This document shows, piece after piece, positions 1 to 9,240 of a stretch of 45,682 bases of DNA. How positions within the stretch are numbered: position 1 is the stretch's first letter; every line of letters starts with the position of its first letter. A program made the translations under genes and the position numbers. The notes below the pieces were generated by a model, which saw only the letters and a program-made list of their open reading frames with translations, searched no databases and was not told the DNA's origin. The stretch lies in sequence record SRR22947725_5371, one strand, 5' to 3'.

Positions 1-27
1 CGAGCTACCGAACTGCTCCACCCCGCG
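1..27 (-). tRNA. tRNA-Met (initiator), 5' part only, truncated by window edge
   Basis: Reverse complement CGCGGGGTGGAGCAGTTCGGTAGCTCG is the typical initiator tRNA 5' acceptor strand and D-arm; anticodon lies outside the window. Confidence 0.8.
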
Positions 28-56
28 GCGAAGTAGTAACGATAGCAGATTGCCCG

Positions 57-2930
57 CTAGTTCTCTAGTGCGTCTAGAGCGTCCTCAATGGCTCGCTGCA
101 GCCGCTCATCGGCCTCACCAAAGGCGGTCCAGTCGCCTGCCCGCAGCGCAGCAGCCTTGTCATCGAGAGCGCGCTTTGCTGCGTTGAGGGCCCTATCAAG
201 AGCCGCGTTACCCGAGTCTGTGGTGCCGGAACCGGTATCGGAACCTGTGTCGGTGCTGGTGCCGTCATCCGCGACATCCGCGCCGGAGTCACCACCGAAT
301 AGGTCGTCAAGTGCTAGCTCGAGAGTGTCCTCGAAGGCAATCTGATCACCGAACGCCACCAGAATCTTCTGAAGCAGTGGGTAGCTGGTCTCACCGGTTG
401 ACTCAATGTAGACAGGCTGGACGTAGAGCAGGCCTCCACCAACAGGAAGGGTCAAGAGGTTTCCGTTCAGCACCCTGGTCGAACCCTGTCGCAGGATGTT
501 TAGTAGCGATGAGACATCGCTATCGGCGTTGAAGTTGTTCTGCACCTGGCCTGGGCCGGGGACAATCGTCTCCCTCGGAAGGTTCAACAGAGTCAGCTTT
601 CCGTATTCGTCGTTGACTTTGCCGGCCTCTCCGCCCGCCTCGGCGTTTGCGATGAGGTAACCGGTGAGCACGTTTCTAGTGGTCTCGCCGGTGGACTGAG
701 GGATGAAGGTTGAGTAGAGCGAGAATGCACTCTCATCATCACCCGGAGTCTGAAGGGTTAGGTAGTAGGGAGGCTGCAGTCTGCCAAGCCCGGTGCCCTC
801 TACTGGGTCATTCGGCGTCATCCAAGCGTCCTGCTGAGAGTAGAAAGCGCCAGCCTCGGTTACGTGGTAGCGACCAAGAACTGATCTCTGCATCTTGAAC
901 AGGTCAGCTGGGTAGCGGACGTGGCTAAGCAGATCCTCACTCATCGCGCTCAGTGGCTGAACCGTATTTGGGTAGATCCCCATCCACGCATTCAGAATTG
1001 GGTCGTTCTCGTCCCACTGGTAAAGATCGACCGAGCCGTCATAGGCATCAACGGTGGCCTTCACCGAGTTGCGGATGTAGTTCACCTCAGACACATCGCG
1101 GTTGAAGGTCTCGCTCGCGGTGTCAAGGATTGCGAGGTTGAAAGGCTCGAGGTTGGAGTATGGGAAGTCGGTTGAGGTGGTGTAACCATCAACGATCCAC
1201 TTGATGCGTCCGTCAACAATTGCGGGGTAAACCTCAGTGTCAACGGTCAGATAAGGAGCAACCTCTTTGATCCTGTCTGCAGGGTCTCGGTTGTAGAGAA
1301 TCTGCGAATCAGCGTTGATGGCATCGGAGAGCAGAATCTGCTCGCTCTGGAAGCGAAGTGCGTAGGCAAGACGAGTGAAAAGATCACCAATCATCGGTCC
1401 ACCATCAGCGTTGAACGTGGTGTAGGTCTCCCTGTCACCATCCTCACCGGCTGGGAAGTCAAACTCGAGTGGGTCTGCTCCATCGGGAGCTCCAACGATT
1501 GAGTACTCGGGTGAGTTGAGGCCGAAGTAAATCCTCGGCTCAAAATCTCCAAGCAGACCCTCTGTTGGAATACCGCTCTGAAGGAACAGCGGCTTGCCAT
1601 CGCTGTCTCGTTTGTTGCCGTAAGCGGCAACGAAGCCGAAGCCGTGGGTGAAGACAATGGTCGAGTTGTACCAGGACTGAGAGTCGCCGAGGCCGGCCTG
1701 GTTGAGCTCGCGCACTGCAACCACGGTGTCCTGCGTCTCACCGTCAATCTCGTAGCGGCCTACGTGCAGGCGGTTTGGGAAGCTGTAGTACTGGCGGTAC
1801 TGCTCAAGCTGGCGGAACGCGTCACTAACCAGGGCTGGGTCGATGATGCGGATAGACGTCGTGGTCTTCGCATCGTTGCGAAGAGCGCCCTCTTCAGCAA
1901 CAACCTTGGCGTCGTACTCGATTACCTCAACGTTGTCGATACCGAAAGCGGTTCTGGTCGATTCAATGTTCTTTTGGAGGTAGGGAGCCTCAAGGGTTCG
2001 CTCATTAGGAACCACGATAAACGTCTGAACAATCCACGGGTAAAGCCCGCCAACAACCAGCGAGCTAACGACCATCAGAGCGGTCGCGATGATTGAGATT
2101 CTCCACTGTGCCAGAAAAGCCGTGACCAAGAATGTCACTGCCACAGCCAGCGAAATGAAGGCAAGAATCTGAAGGCCTGGGATCACGGCGTTTGCGTCGG
2201 TGTAGTTAACTCCGGTAAACAGAGCTCCGTCATTTACAACCGTTGAATACTGGTCGAACCAGAGGCTAACTCCCTGCATAACGAGGTAAACGGCGACCAA
2301 AATCGAAAGCTGAACTCGTGCGGGCTTGGATACTGAGATCTCTCTACCGCTGAAGCGAATGCCGCCGTAGACAACGTGAACCGCAAGGTTGATTAGCGCC
2401 GCTAGGAAGACGGCACCCGACAAAAAGCCGACCACGAAGGTGAGAAACGGCAGGTCAAAGACAAAGAAACCAACGTCGAAGCCAAAGTGGCCGTCCTGGA
2501 CACCAAACTCGGAGCCGTTCAGAAATAGCAGGGCACTCTGCCACTCTCTGGCTGCAACCAGTCCACCACCGAGACCGATGAGGGCTGGAACACCGAACAT
2601 GACAACCTTGCGAAGTGACTCAAGGAGCTGCTGGTAGACCTGAAAAGGGGACTCCTCTGGCATCTTCAAATAGATAGGACGAGTCCGCCACGCAAGCATC
2701 AAACCGACCGCAATGACGGCTGTCATAATCACAAAACCGATCAGGAATGCAACAACCTGGGCGATTATTTGGGTGAAGAACACAACCTCAAAGTCAAGCT
2801 GACGGAACCACAGCCAATCGGTGTAGATGCCGGCTGCGCTCACCAGTGCAAAGACAATCGCGGCCAGGATTCCGAACGCGATTGATACCGGTGATACCTT
2901 ACGTCCCTGTTGAGGGGTGCTCTGTGCCAA
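57..2930 (-). CDS. UPF0182 family membrane protein
   Basis: 957 aa, multiple N-terminal TM helices, motifs YTDWLWF, RIYFG, NYIRNSVKATVDAYDG; TTG start with GGAGAG SD; usual location beside tRNA-Met and the PDZ-Lon gene. Confidence 0.93.
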   Translation of the reverse strand: MAQSTPQQGRKVSPVSIAFGILAAIVFALVSAAGIYTDWLWFRQLDFEVVFFTQIIAQVVAFLIGFVIMTAVIAVGLMLAWRTRPIYLKMPEESPFQVYQQLLESLRKVVMFGVPALIGLGGGLVAAREWQSALLFLNGSEFGVQDGHFGFDVGFFVFDLPFLTFVVGFLSGAVFLAALINLAVHVVYGGIRFSGREISVSKPARVQLSILVAVYLVMQGVSLWFDQYSTVVNDGALFTGVNYTDANAVIPGLQILAFISLAVAVTFLVTAFLAQWRISIIATALMVVSSLVVGGLYPWIVQTFIVVPNERTLEAPYLQKNIESTRTAFGIDNVEVIEYDAKVVAEEGALRNDAKTTTSIRIIDPALVSDAFRQLEQYRQYYSFPNRLHVGRYEIDGETQDTVVAVRELNQAGLGDSQSWYNSTIVFTHGFGFVAAYGNKRDSDGKPLFLQSGIPTEGLLGDFEPRIYFGLNSPEYSIVGAPDGADPLEFDFPAGEDGDRETYTTFNADGGPMIGDLFTRLAYALRFQSEQILLSDAINADSQILYNRDPADRIKEVAPYLTVDTEVYPAIVDGRIKWIVDGYTTSTDFPYSNLEPFNLAILDTASETFNRDVSEVNYIRNSVKATVDAYDGSVDLYQWDENDPILNAWMGIYPNTVQPLSAMSEDLLSHVRYPADLFKMQRSVLGRYHVTEAGAFYSQQDAWMTPNDPVEGTGLGRLQPPYYLTLQTPGDDESAFSLYSTFIPQSTGETTRNVLTGYLIANAEAGGEAGKVNDEYGKLTLLNLPRETIVPGPGQVQNNFNADSDVSSLLNILRQGSTRVLNGNLLTLPVGGGLLYVQPVYIESTGETSYPLLQKILVAFGDQIAFEDTLELALDDLFGGDSGADVADDGTSTDTGSDTGSGTTDSGNAALDRALNAAKRALDDKAAALRAGDWTAFGEADERLQRAIEDALDALEN

Positions 2931-2944
2931 TGTATCTCTCCTAG

Positions 2945-4006
2945 TTAGTTGCAGCTAACACTTGGTAGCTGTTTTCCTTCTCTCAACGCCTCGATTGCAT
3001 CGAGTGCGTCACTCAAGTCTCTCACTGTTACAACACTCAAGCCGTCGGGAATCTGCCCGATTGCCTCTTCACAGTTGCCCTTGGGCACCAAAAACAGGTC
3101 TGCGCCAGAGTTTTTTGCGGCAATCATCTTCAATCCAACCCCACCAATCGGCCCGACCTCGCCGGCTGCGTTGATTGTTCCAGTTCCCGACACGTGACGA
3201 TCGGCGGCCATAGAACCCTCACTTAGGGTGTCGAGGATGCCCAGGGTGAACATCAGCCCGCCGGAGGGGCCACCCACGTCACCCAGCTGCAGCTGTATGT
3301 CGACTGGGAAGTCGTATGTGTAGCCAACCATTGCGCCGATAACCCAATCGGTCTCGCGCTTCTCTGGAGTGATCTCCAAGCTCAGAGGCTGACCTTCGCG
3401 AATCACTTCGAGGATTATTGGTTCTCCCTCGGAAAGCTGAATCTGGCTCTTTAGCTCATCGAACGAAACAACATCGCTGCCAGCTGCACTAACGACAAAG
3501 TCCCCAGCAACCAAGATTCCAGAGGAGGGGGCATCCGCAATCACGGAGGCAACATAGAGGGTTCGTGGAATCTCGTAGCCCAACTCAGCAAGGGCTGCGG
3601 CAATGGCATCTTGCTGTGAGATTTCCATCTGAGCGGAGCTCTCGGCTCTAATTTCGGCGGTAGTCAGGCTTGGTGGGTAGACCTCATCCAGTGGCAAGAC
3701 AATCTGCTCGGGGTCTGCCCATGCCCACAAAACCTGCACCCAGCTTGGAGTTGACTCTCGATTGCCAAGCAGCGACACCGTGGTGACATCGAACCTGGAA
3801 TCGGATTCATAAACGGCCACGTCATCAGAGCTAATGACCTTTTGGCCCGAGATCTCGCCCATGACATTGAAAACCTGTCCCGGCCGCTCGATCACATACC
3901 CCGTCGGGAGTACGGCCATAGAGCCCAGGGTGATGACCGCGAGGCTAAGGACAATCCACTTAGCCGAACCCTTGGGAGGCCTGGGTCTCGAGGAGAAAAA
4001 TGACAT
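2945..4006 (-). CDS. YlbL-like PDZ domain / Lon-type (S16) protease
   Basis: N-terminal TM, PDZ region, GGPSGGLMF (Ser) and GGVGLKM (Lys) dyad, SGTGTI motif. Confidence 0.9.
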   Translation of the reverse strand: MSFFSSRPRPPKGSAKWIVLSLAVITLGSMAVLPTGYVIERPGQVFNVMGEISGQKVISSDDVAVYESDSRFDVTTVSLLGNRESTPSWVQVLWAWADPEQIVLPLDEVYPPSLTTAEIRAESSAQMEISQQDAIAAALAELGYEIPRTLYVASVIADAPSSGILVAGDFVVSAAGSDVVSFDELKSQIQLSEGEPIILEVIREGQPLSLEITPEKRETDWVIGAMVGYTYDFPVDIQLQLGDVGGPSGGLMFTLGILDTLSEGSMAADRHVSGTGTINAAGEVGPIGGVGLKMIAAKNSGADLFLVPKGNCEEAIGQIPDGLSVVTVRDLSDALDAIEALREGKQLPSVSCN

Positions 4007-4145
4007 TGCGTCAATGCTAGGTAATCAACCTTGGAATAACCTGCTGGCCCCTCACGCCCTTGGCGAACACTGTCCTTTCACCCCCACGATTGTCAGCCGT
4101 TTGGAAGGTCTTCGCGATAGCGTGAAAAGCAGTTGGAGGTGCCAC

Positions 4146-5438
4146 TTGAGCGAAGAAGACTCAGAGAAGGACCATTCGGGTAGAGAAGAGCTCGAGGAAA
4201 TGGTTCGAAAGATGCTCTCTAGTGGGCAGATAGATCCTGAAGCCCTCTCTAAGGTTGCCGGCCTTGGCGCCAACCCAGCAATGATGGGTCAAATGTTTTC
4301 GCAGTTGAGAAACCTAATGTCCGACTCTGAAGGACCCATCAACTGGAAGATGGCCGAAAACCAGGCCATGGAACTTGCCAAAAAGGATGAGTCCAAGAAT
4401 CTAGGAAATCTAGAGACTGAGATTTCAAACGCCTTCGAGATTGCCCGGCTTTGGCTTTCCGAGGTCACGCAGTTTTCCACCTCCGAGCAGCCCAAGCTGC
4501 TCAGACGAAGTGTTTGGGTTCAAGATGCCATGCCGCTATTTGCAGAGCTCAGTGAGCCGGTAGCGAGCAGCATGGCGAAGGCCCTGAGCGAGAACATTGT
4601 TGAGGCCATGCCGGAGGAGCTGGCGAACCTTTTGGGCCCAGCAAGCAAATTCATTGGTAACGCGGGAGCGGCAATATTTGCCATGCAACTTGGTCAGGCG
4701 ATGGGCAAGCTCTCAACGCAGACACTTTCCGCAACCGAAATAGGCATCCCCATAAGCGTCCGTCCCGGGCTCGTAACTCAAAATGTTGGCGAGTTCATCA
4801 AAGATATTGAGACGCCGAAGTCAGAGATCATCATCTACCTAGCAATTAGGGAGCTAGCCATCTCCTCGCTATACGCATCAAACCGTTGGCTCCGCGACCA
4901 GATCACCACGCAGGTGAGAGAGTTCGCATCGGGACTCAGGGTTGAGATCTCGGGTATTCAGGAGATGGTTGAGCAGATTGATCCACAGGATCCTGAATCC
5001 ATGAATCGAGTCATGGAGGCGACCGCCATGATGAGCCAAAGGACCGAGGACCAGGAGACGGCTCTGGTAAGGATCGAGACCATGTTGGCTCTCATTGATG
5101 GCTGGGCCGATGCGATTGCCGAAGAAGCGGGCAAGCGGCTTCCGACAATTTCGAGCGTTGTGGAGCTGGCATCCAGAAAACGTGCCACGGAAGGTGCGGC
5201 AGAGAAGACCTTCGCAATTCTTTTGGGCCTAGAACTGCAGCCCCGACTGCGCCGGGAGGCAAAGGCGATGTGGCAGGAAGTTACCAAGCTGGGCCGGCAG
5301 AAGCGCGACCAGCTTTGGTCACACCCAGACCAGTTGCCCTCGGTCGAGGAAATATCTAACCCGTCACTTGTGCTCGCTCGGCTAGAGCGCTCGGACGACG
5401 ATTTTGATGAGGGCCTTCGCAAACTGCTCGATAACTAG
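4146..5438 (+). CDS. Zincin-like DUF2342-type protein (Rv3195-like), possibly inactive
   Basis: GPINW, QLGQAMGKL, GLELQPR and RDQLWSHPD motifs; start moved to TTG 4146 after GGAGGT SD. Confidence 0.82.
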   Translation: MSEEDSEKDHSGREELEEMVRKMLSSGQIDPEALSKVAGLGANPAMMGQMFSQLRNLMSDSEGPINWKMAENQAMELAKKDESKNLGNLETEISNAFEIARLWLSEVTQFSTSEQPKLLRRSVWVQDAMPLFAELSEPVASSMAKALSENIVEAMPEELANLLGPASKFIGNAGAAIFAMQLGQAMGKLSTQTLSATEIGIPISVRPGLVTQNVGEFIKDIETPKSEIIIYLAIRELAISSLYASNRWLRDQITTQVREFASGLRVEISGIQEMVEQIDPQDPESMNRVMEATAMMSQRTEDQETALVRIETMLALIDGWADAIAEEAGKRLPTISSVVELASRKRATEGAAEKTFAILLGLELQPRLRREAKAMWQEVTKLGRQKRDQLWSHPDQLPSVEEISNPSLVLARLERSDDDFDEGLRKLLDN

Positions 5439-5489
5439 GGCTGTGGAGAACCTAGAGAGCAATCTGGAAATGTTTGCCACACTCCCCAC

Positions 5490-6491
5490 GTGGCAACCCA
5501 AATCAATCCCCGACTGGCAAGGCTCTGGCTTGCCGACAACATCAGGCAGTACGGGTATCGCAAACCTCTGAGGGTCGAGTCGCTCAGCGAACCCGAGCTG
5601 CGAATTCTTGACTACCTCGAAGCCGGCATTACCGCCAGTCAAGTCCAGTCTTTGCCACAGCTCGCCAGAGCTGACAGCGAGACAGTTGGGAGCGTTGTTG
5701 ACCGGGTTTCTTCGGTGTTGAGTGAGAGTGGCCGACTACCCCCAGAGTTGACAGCGGCAGAAATCGATACCAAGTTCGCAGAGCTAGCGAGGCTGTTCTC
5801 CGCCGAAGGAGACTTTGCAGATGCGCTAGCGAGGCGACGAAAATCGCGCATATTCATCGAGAGTCTCGGCCGCACCGGATTGGTTTTTGCCAAGGCACTC
5901 TCGGCGTCTGAAATCGGGACACTTCTAACCCTCGATCAACTAAGGGTCAGCGATAAGGATTGCCTGCCACTTGGTCACCCAAGGTCCAGCATCGGCCTTC
6001 CCAGAGCGACGAGTGCAAAAGTTCAGCTTGAGACCACTCAGCTGCAGTTCCACTCGCGCAGATCAGGCTCTCTCGAAACCGTCACGGCCGCAGTACTGAT
6101 AGCGAACGACATCGTTGATCCGAACTCCTACCAAACCTGGCTGGCAAGGGACGTGCCGCACGTGGCCATTTGCTTTGACGAGGAAGGCGTCGAGATTAGC
6201 CCGCTGGTCTTGCCTGGAAAGACCCCTTGTATCGGCTGCATCGAAAAGGCCAGGTTTGAGGCAGATTCAAATTGGCAAATAATTGCACCCCAGCTTCTCG
6301 CCCTAGATCGCTCAAACGAGGACAGCGCCATGATTCTCTTCGCCACGGGAGTGGTGACGAACCTGCTACTTGACTTCATTGACCACGGCTCTTTCGTCTC
6401 GAGCAGTGCACTGCGACTAGATCGGGGTGGTTCGCTAATGGCCTTTCAGCCTGCTGCTAGTCCTTGCGGCTGTGGTGGAGGTGTTCGATGA
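5490..6491 (+). CDS. ThiF/E1-like protein (TOMM leader-binding-like, Rv3196-like)
   Basis: DVPHVAI..PLVLPGKTPCIGC motif and C-terminal PCGC; degenerate Rossmann loop ESLGRTG; synteny next to uvrD2. Confidence 0.7.
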   Translation: MATQINPRLARLWLADNIRQYGYRKPLRVESLSEPELRILDYLEAGITASQVQSLPQLARADSETVGSVVDRVSSVLSESGRLPPELTAAEIDTKFAELARLFSAEGDFADALARRRKSRIFIESLGRTGLVFAKALSASEIGTLLTLDQLRVSDKDCLPLGHPRSSIGLPRATSAKVQLETTQLQFHSRRSGSLETVTAAVLIANDIVDPNSYQTWLARDVPHVAICFDEEGVEISPLVLPGKTPCIGCIEKARFEADSNWQIIAPQLLALDRSNEDSAMILFATGVVTNLLLDFIDHGSFVSSSALRLDRGGSLMAFQPAASPCGCGGGVR

Positions 6492-8079
6492 AAGGGCTTG
6501 GCACCTTGCCGGTCGAGGAGATGTCAAGGTAGGTCTCGGCCCTAGTGATTGCAACGTAGAACAACCTCTTCTCCTCCTCCAGCTGCTCTTTAGTCTTGGC
6601 ATGGGAGATTGGGTAGAGGCCGTCATTGACACCAATTAGAAACACTCGCTCCCACTCAAGGCCCTTCGTCGCATGAATTGTCGCGAGCGTGACAGCCTCG
6701 CGCTGTGGTTCGTGACCAGAACGCTCGCGCTCATCCAATTCCCTAATTAGTTCCTCAAGCGAGGGATCCCCCAGTTCGTCCATCACCTCGATAAACCAGT
6801 TCAACTCGGCCCAGCTAGGCCCCTCGCCGCGAGAGCGCCAGCCCAGTGAGGAAAGGATGTTGGAGATTTCAACAAACAGCGGCTGAGTCAACTCCGAAAG
6901 CGCAAGGGCTCGAATGGCGCTCAGTGCCTGCATCACATTTGGTTGTCTAAAGAATCGGCCCTGGCCTCTGACCTGCGTTTCAACACCCAGCGACCTAAGT
7001 TCGGATTCCACGGCCTCAAGTTGAGAGTTGATTCGGGCCAGCACGGCAATCCTCGAGAGCTTTGAGCTGCCAGCAGCCTTGGCGATTGCCTCCGCCACGA
7101 CCCTGGCCTCTTCAGCCGCAGTCGGAAGTGTCTGCTGAGAGATAAGGCCGGAAACTTTCTTGGCCGCAACTATGGGCTGGTCAGGAAATAGGCCGTTGGC
7201 TGCCTCAACGATGTCCCCAGCAGAGCGATAGTTGGTGGTGAGTTCAAAGCTGGAACTGTTTGGATAACGAGAATCAAAGCCAAGCAAGAAGTCAGTCGAG
7301 GAGCCGGCAAAGCTATAGATGTTCTGCCTTGGATCGCCCACCACACAGACTTCCTCTCGATCGCCTAGCCAGGTCTCCAAGAGACCCTGCTGCAAGGGCG
7401 AGATGTCCTGGTACTCATCGACGGTGAAGTGGCGATACTGCTGCTCGAAGTGAGACATTGCTCTCGGCTCATTGCGCAACATCCCTGTGCAGAGCAGCAG
7501 AGCATCCTCCCAGTCGATTAGGCGCCGCTCCTTTTTTAGAGCCTGGAAGTTGTCAAACCATTCCGCGAACTTTTGTTCATCCGCAAACCTAGGAAGACGC
7601 CCAGATAAATAGTAAGCCGGCAAATCACTCAGCGAATAGCGAAGATATTCAAACTCGGAGGACAACTCAGAGAGCTGCGCCTCAGTCAGTTTCACTGTCT
7701 GCCCCACCGCCTCCTTCAAGATTGCTCGCTTGCTGGTGAGCAGCTTGGGTGCGGTTGAACCGGTCAGCTGAGGCCAGAAATACTGCAGCTGCGACAGCGC
7801 GGCAGCGTGGAAAGTCCTCACCTGCACCGAAGACGCACCTAACGAACGAAGTCGCTGTCTGAGCTCGGCCGCGGCTCGATTTGTGTAGGTGAGGGCTAGG
7901 ACTTTTTGGGGGTTGAAGTGGCCGGTTGCAATTCCGTGCGCGATTCTGTGGGAGACGGTTCTAGTCTTTCCGCTACCCGGCCCCGCAATAATTCTCACCG
8001 GCCCCTTGAGCGTCGTGGCAGCCTCGAGTTGCTCCGCATCCAGCGAGCTGAGGATGTCACTTCCACTCTGAGCGTTCAA
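6457..8079 (-). CDS. uvrD2: ATP-dependent DNA helicase, UvrD2-like
   Basis: AGPGSGKT, DEYQD, VGDPRQNIY, NYRS, TIHATKGLEW, FYVAITRA; synteny. Confidence 0.85.
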   Translation of the reverse strand: MNAQSGSDILSSLDAEQLEAATTLKGPVRIIAGPGSGKTRTVSHRIAHGIATGHFNPQKVLALTYTNRAAAELRQRLRSLGASSVQVRTFHAAALSQLQYFWPQLTGSTAPKLLTSKRAILKEAVGQTVKLTEAQLSELSSEFEYLRYSLSDLPAYYLSGRLPRFADEQKFAEWFDNFQALKKERRLIDWEDALLLCTGMLRNEPRAMSHFEQQYRHFTVDEYQDISPLQQGLLETWLGDREEVCVVGDPRQNIYSFAGSSTDFLLGFDSRYPNSSSFELTTNYRSAGDIVEAANGLFPDQPIVAAKKVSGLISQQTLPTAAEEARVVAEAIAKAAGSSKLSRIAVLARINSQLEAVESELRSLGVETQVRGQGRFFRQPNVMQALSAIRALALSELTQPLFVEISNILSSLGWRSRGEGPSWAELNWFIEVMDELGDPSLEELIRELDERERSGHEPQREAVTLATIHATKGLEWERVFLIGVNDGLYPISHAKTKEQLEEEKRLFYVAITRAETYLDISSTGKVPSPFIEHLHHSRKD

Positions 8080-8145
8080 TTCGAATCCTAAGTGTGCGCG
8101 TGGCGATGCGGCCGCGCGGTTAATAGGTTGTCTAACCTTTGTGAC

Positions 8146-9240
8146 GTGGGACGACCTGCCTTGATTTTAGCCGCGCTTGCGGCTGACGCTGCTCCCGGGA
8201 AAAACTTCAGGAACTTCAGGAGAATCTCGGACAACCCAGACCTCGAAATTCTCGAATTGTGGGATGACCAAGACAACCCCTACACCCTCACAATCCCGGC
8301 CTCGATTGCGGGTGTGGCCGAGCAGGCGCAGCTCATGCAGGGACTTAGGGCCATCGCAAAGGTTCAGGACGAGCTGCCGCTAGAAATTCCCTCCTTAGTT
8401 GGTTCCTCTTCCGATGGCGAGGGCAACACGGCTGTTGTGATGACAATGGTCGCGGGCCAAGCCCCGGATCTTTCGAGGTATGCCCCCGGGGCCTTCTCGC
8501 AGACTTTTGCCTCCGCCATGGCAGCCATTCACAAGCTCGATCCGGCAGTAGTTAGAGACTTCGGTCTTGTCGAATTGGATGCAACCGCAGTTTTGCAATC
8601 CAAGGTTCAAGAGCTGGACAAGGCAGCTGCAACGGGAAAGGTTCCAGCCAAGCTGCTTTCGCGCTGGGAGGAGGCACTCGAAGACGTCGGCCTCTTCCGC
8701 TTCCACACCACCGTCATTCACGGAGCAATCAGCCAAGACAGCGTCTACGTCGACGGCCAGTCAGTGGTTGCACTTTCGGACTTCTCGCACCTTTCCATCT
8801 CAGACCCCGCAGAGGATCTGAAGTATTTAGCCGGTGGAGCTCTGCCCTCAACCTTTGAGGATGCCCTACTGCACTACAAGTCCAACCGCGAAAATGCCGA
8901 TGAGAACATTCAGCAGCGTGCTCAGCTCTACTCAGAGCTGGAGCTGGCGACCTGGCTAACTCACTGCCTAGCGGTCGGGGAGGAAAAGGCAATCTCAGAT
9001 GCCGAAGCAATGCTTTCCGACCTTGCGGAGCAGCTTGATGCAGGATCGTTGCGCTCGCTGAGAGCTGCCAGCTTCATCGGACTTGGGGCCGCCGCGGTTA
9101 CTGCGACTGCGGTCATGAATACCAGTCCGGCAGAGCCTGAATTAGAAGCCGAAGAGCCAGAACCCGAGTTGGAGGCCGAGGAGATGCCTGAGGCGCCGGT
9201 CCAGGATTTGGGCGAATCTAGCCTCGACGAACTTTTCTAA
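8146..9240 (+). CDS. APH/macrolide phosphotransferase-like fold protein, likely pseudokinase
   Basis: APH-like pattern (AAIH, RWEEALED, VIHGAI, LSDF, DPAEDL); start moved to GTG 8146 (MGRPALILAALA) behind a TAACCT -10. Confidence 0.75.
   Translation: MGRPALILAALAADAAPGKNFRNFRRISDNPDLEILELWDDQDNPYTLTIPASIAGVAEQAQLMQGLRAIAKVQDELPLEIPSLVGSSSDGEGNTAVVMTMVAGQAPDLSRYAPGAFSQTFASAMAAIHKLDPAVVRDFGLVELDATAVLQSKVQELDKAAATGKVPAKLLSRWEEALEDVGLFRFHTTVIHGAISQDSVYVDGQSVVALSDFSHLSISDPAEDLKYLAGGALPSTFEDALLHYKSNRENADENIQQRAQLYSELELATWLTHCLAVGEEKAISDAEAMLSDLAEQLDAGSLRSLRAASFIGLGAAAVTATAVMNTSPAEPELEAEEPEPELEAEEMPEAPVQDLGESSLDELF
9130..9183 (+). repeat. Imperfect 27-bp tandem duplication encoding (A/P)EPELEAEE twice
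   Basis: Translation AEPELEAEE-PEPELEAEE in the acidic tail; synonymous differences between copies. Confidence 0.7.

Noticed and set aside
3834-4145. N-terminal extension of the zincin ORF
   Set aside because: Overlaps the divergent PDZ-Lon gene; the SD supports TTG 4146
5490-6491. RiPP/TOMM biosynthetic cluster
   Set aside because: No YcaO, dehydrogenase, precursor peptide or exporter nearby
8146-9240. Antibiotic resistance (aph/mph) gene
   Set aside because: Catalytic HGD absent; core syntenic position; no mobility signs
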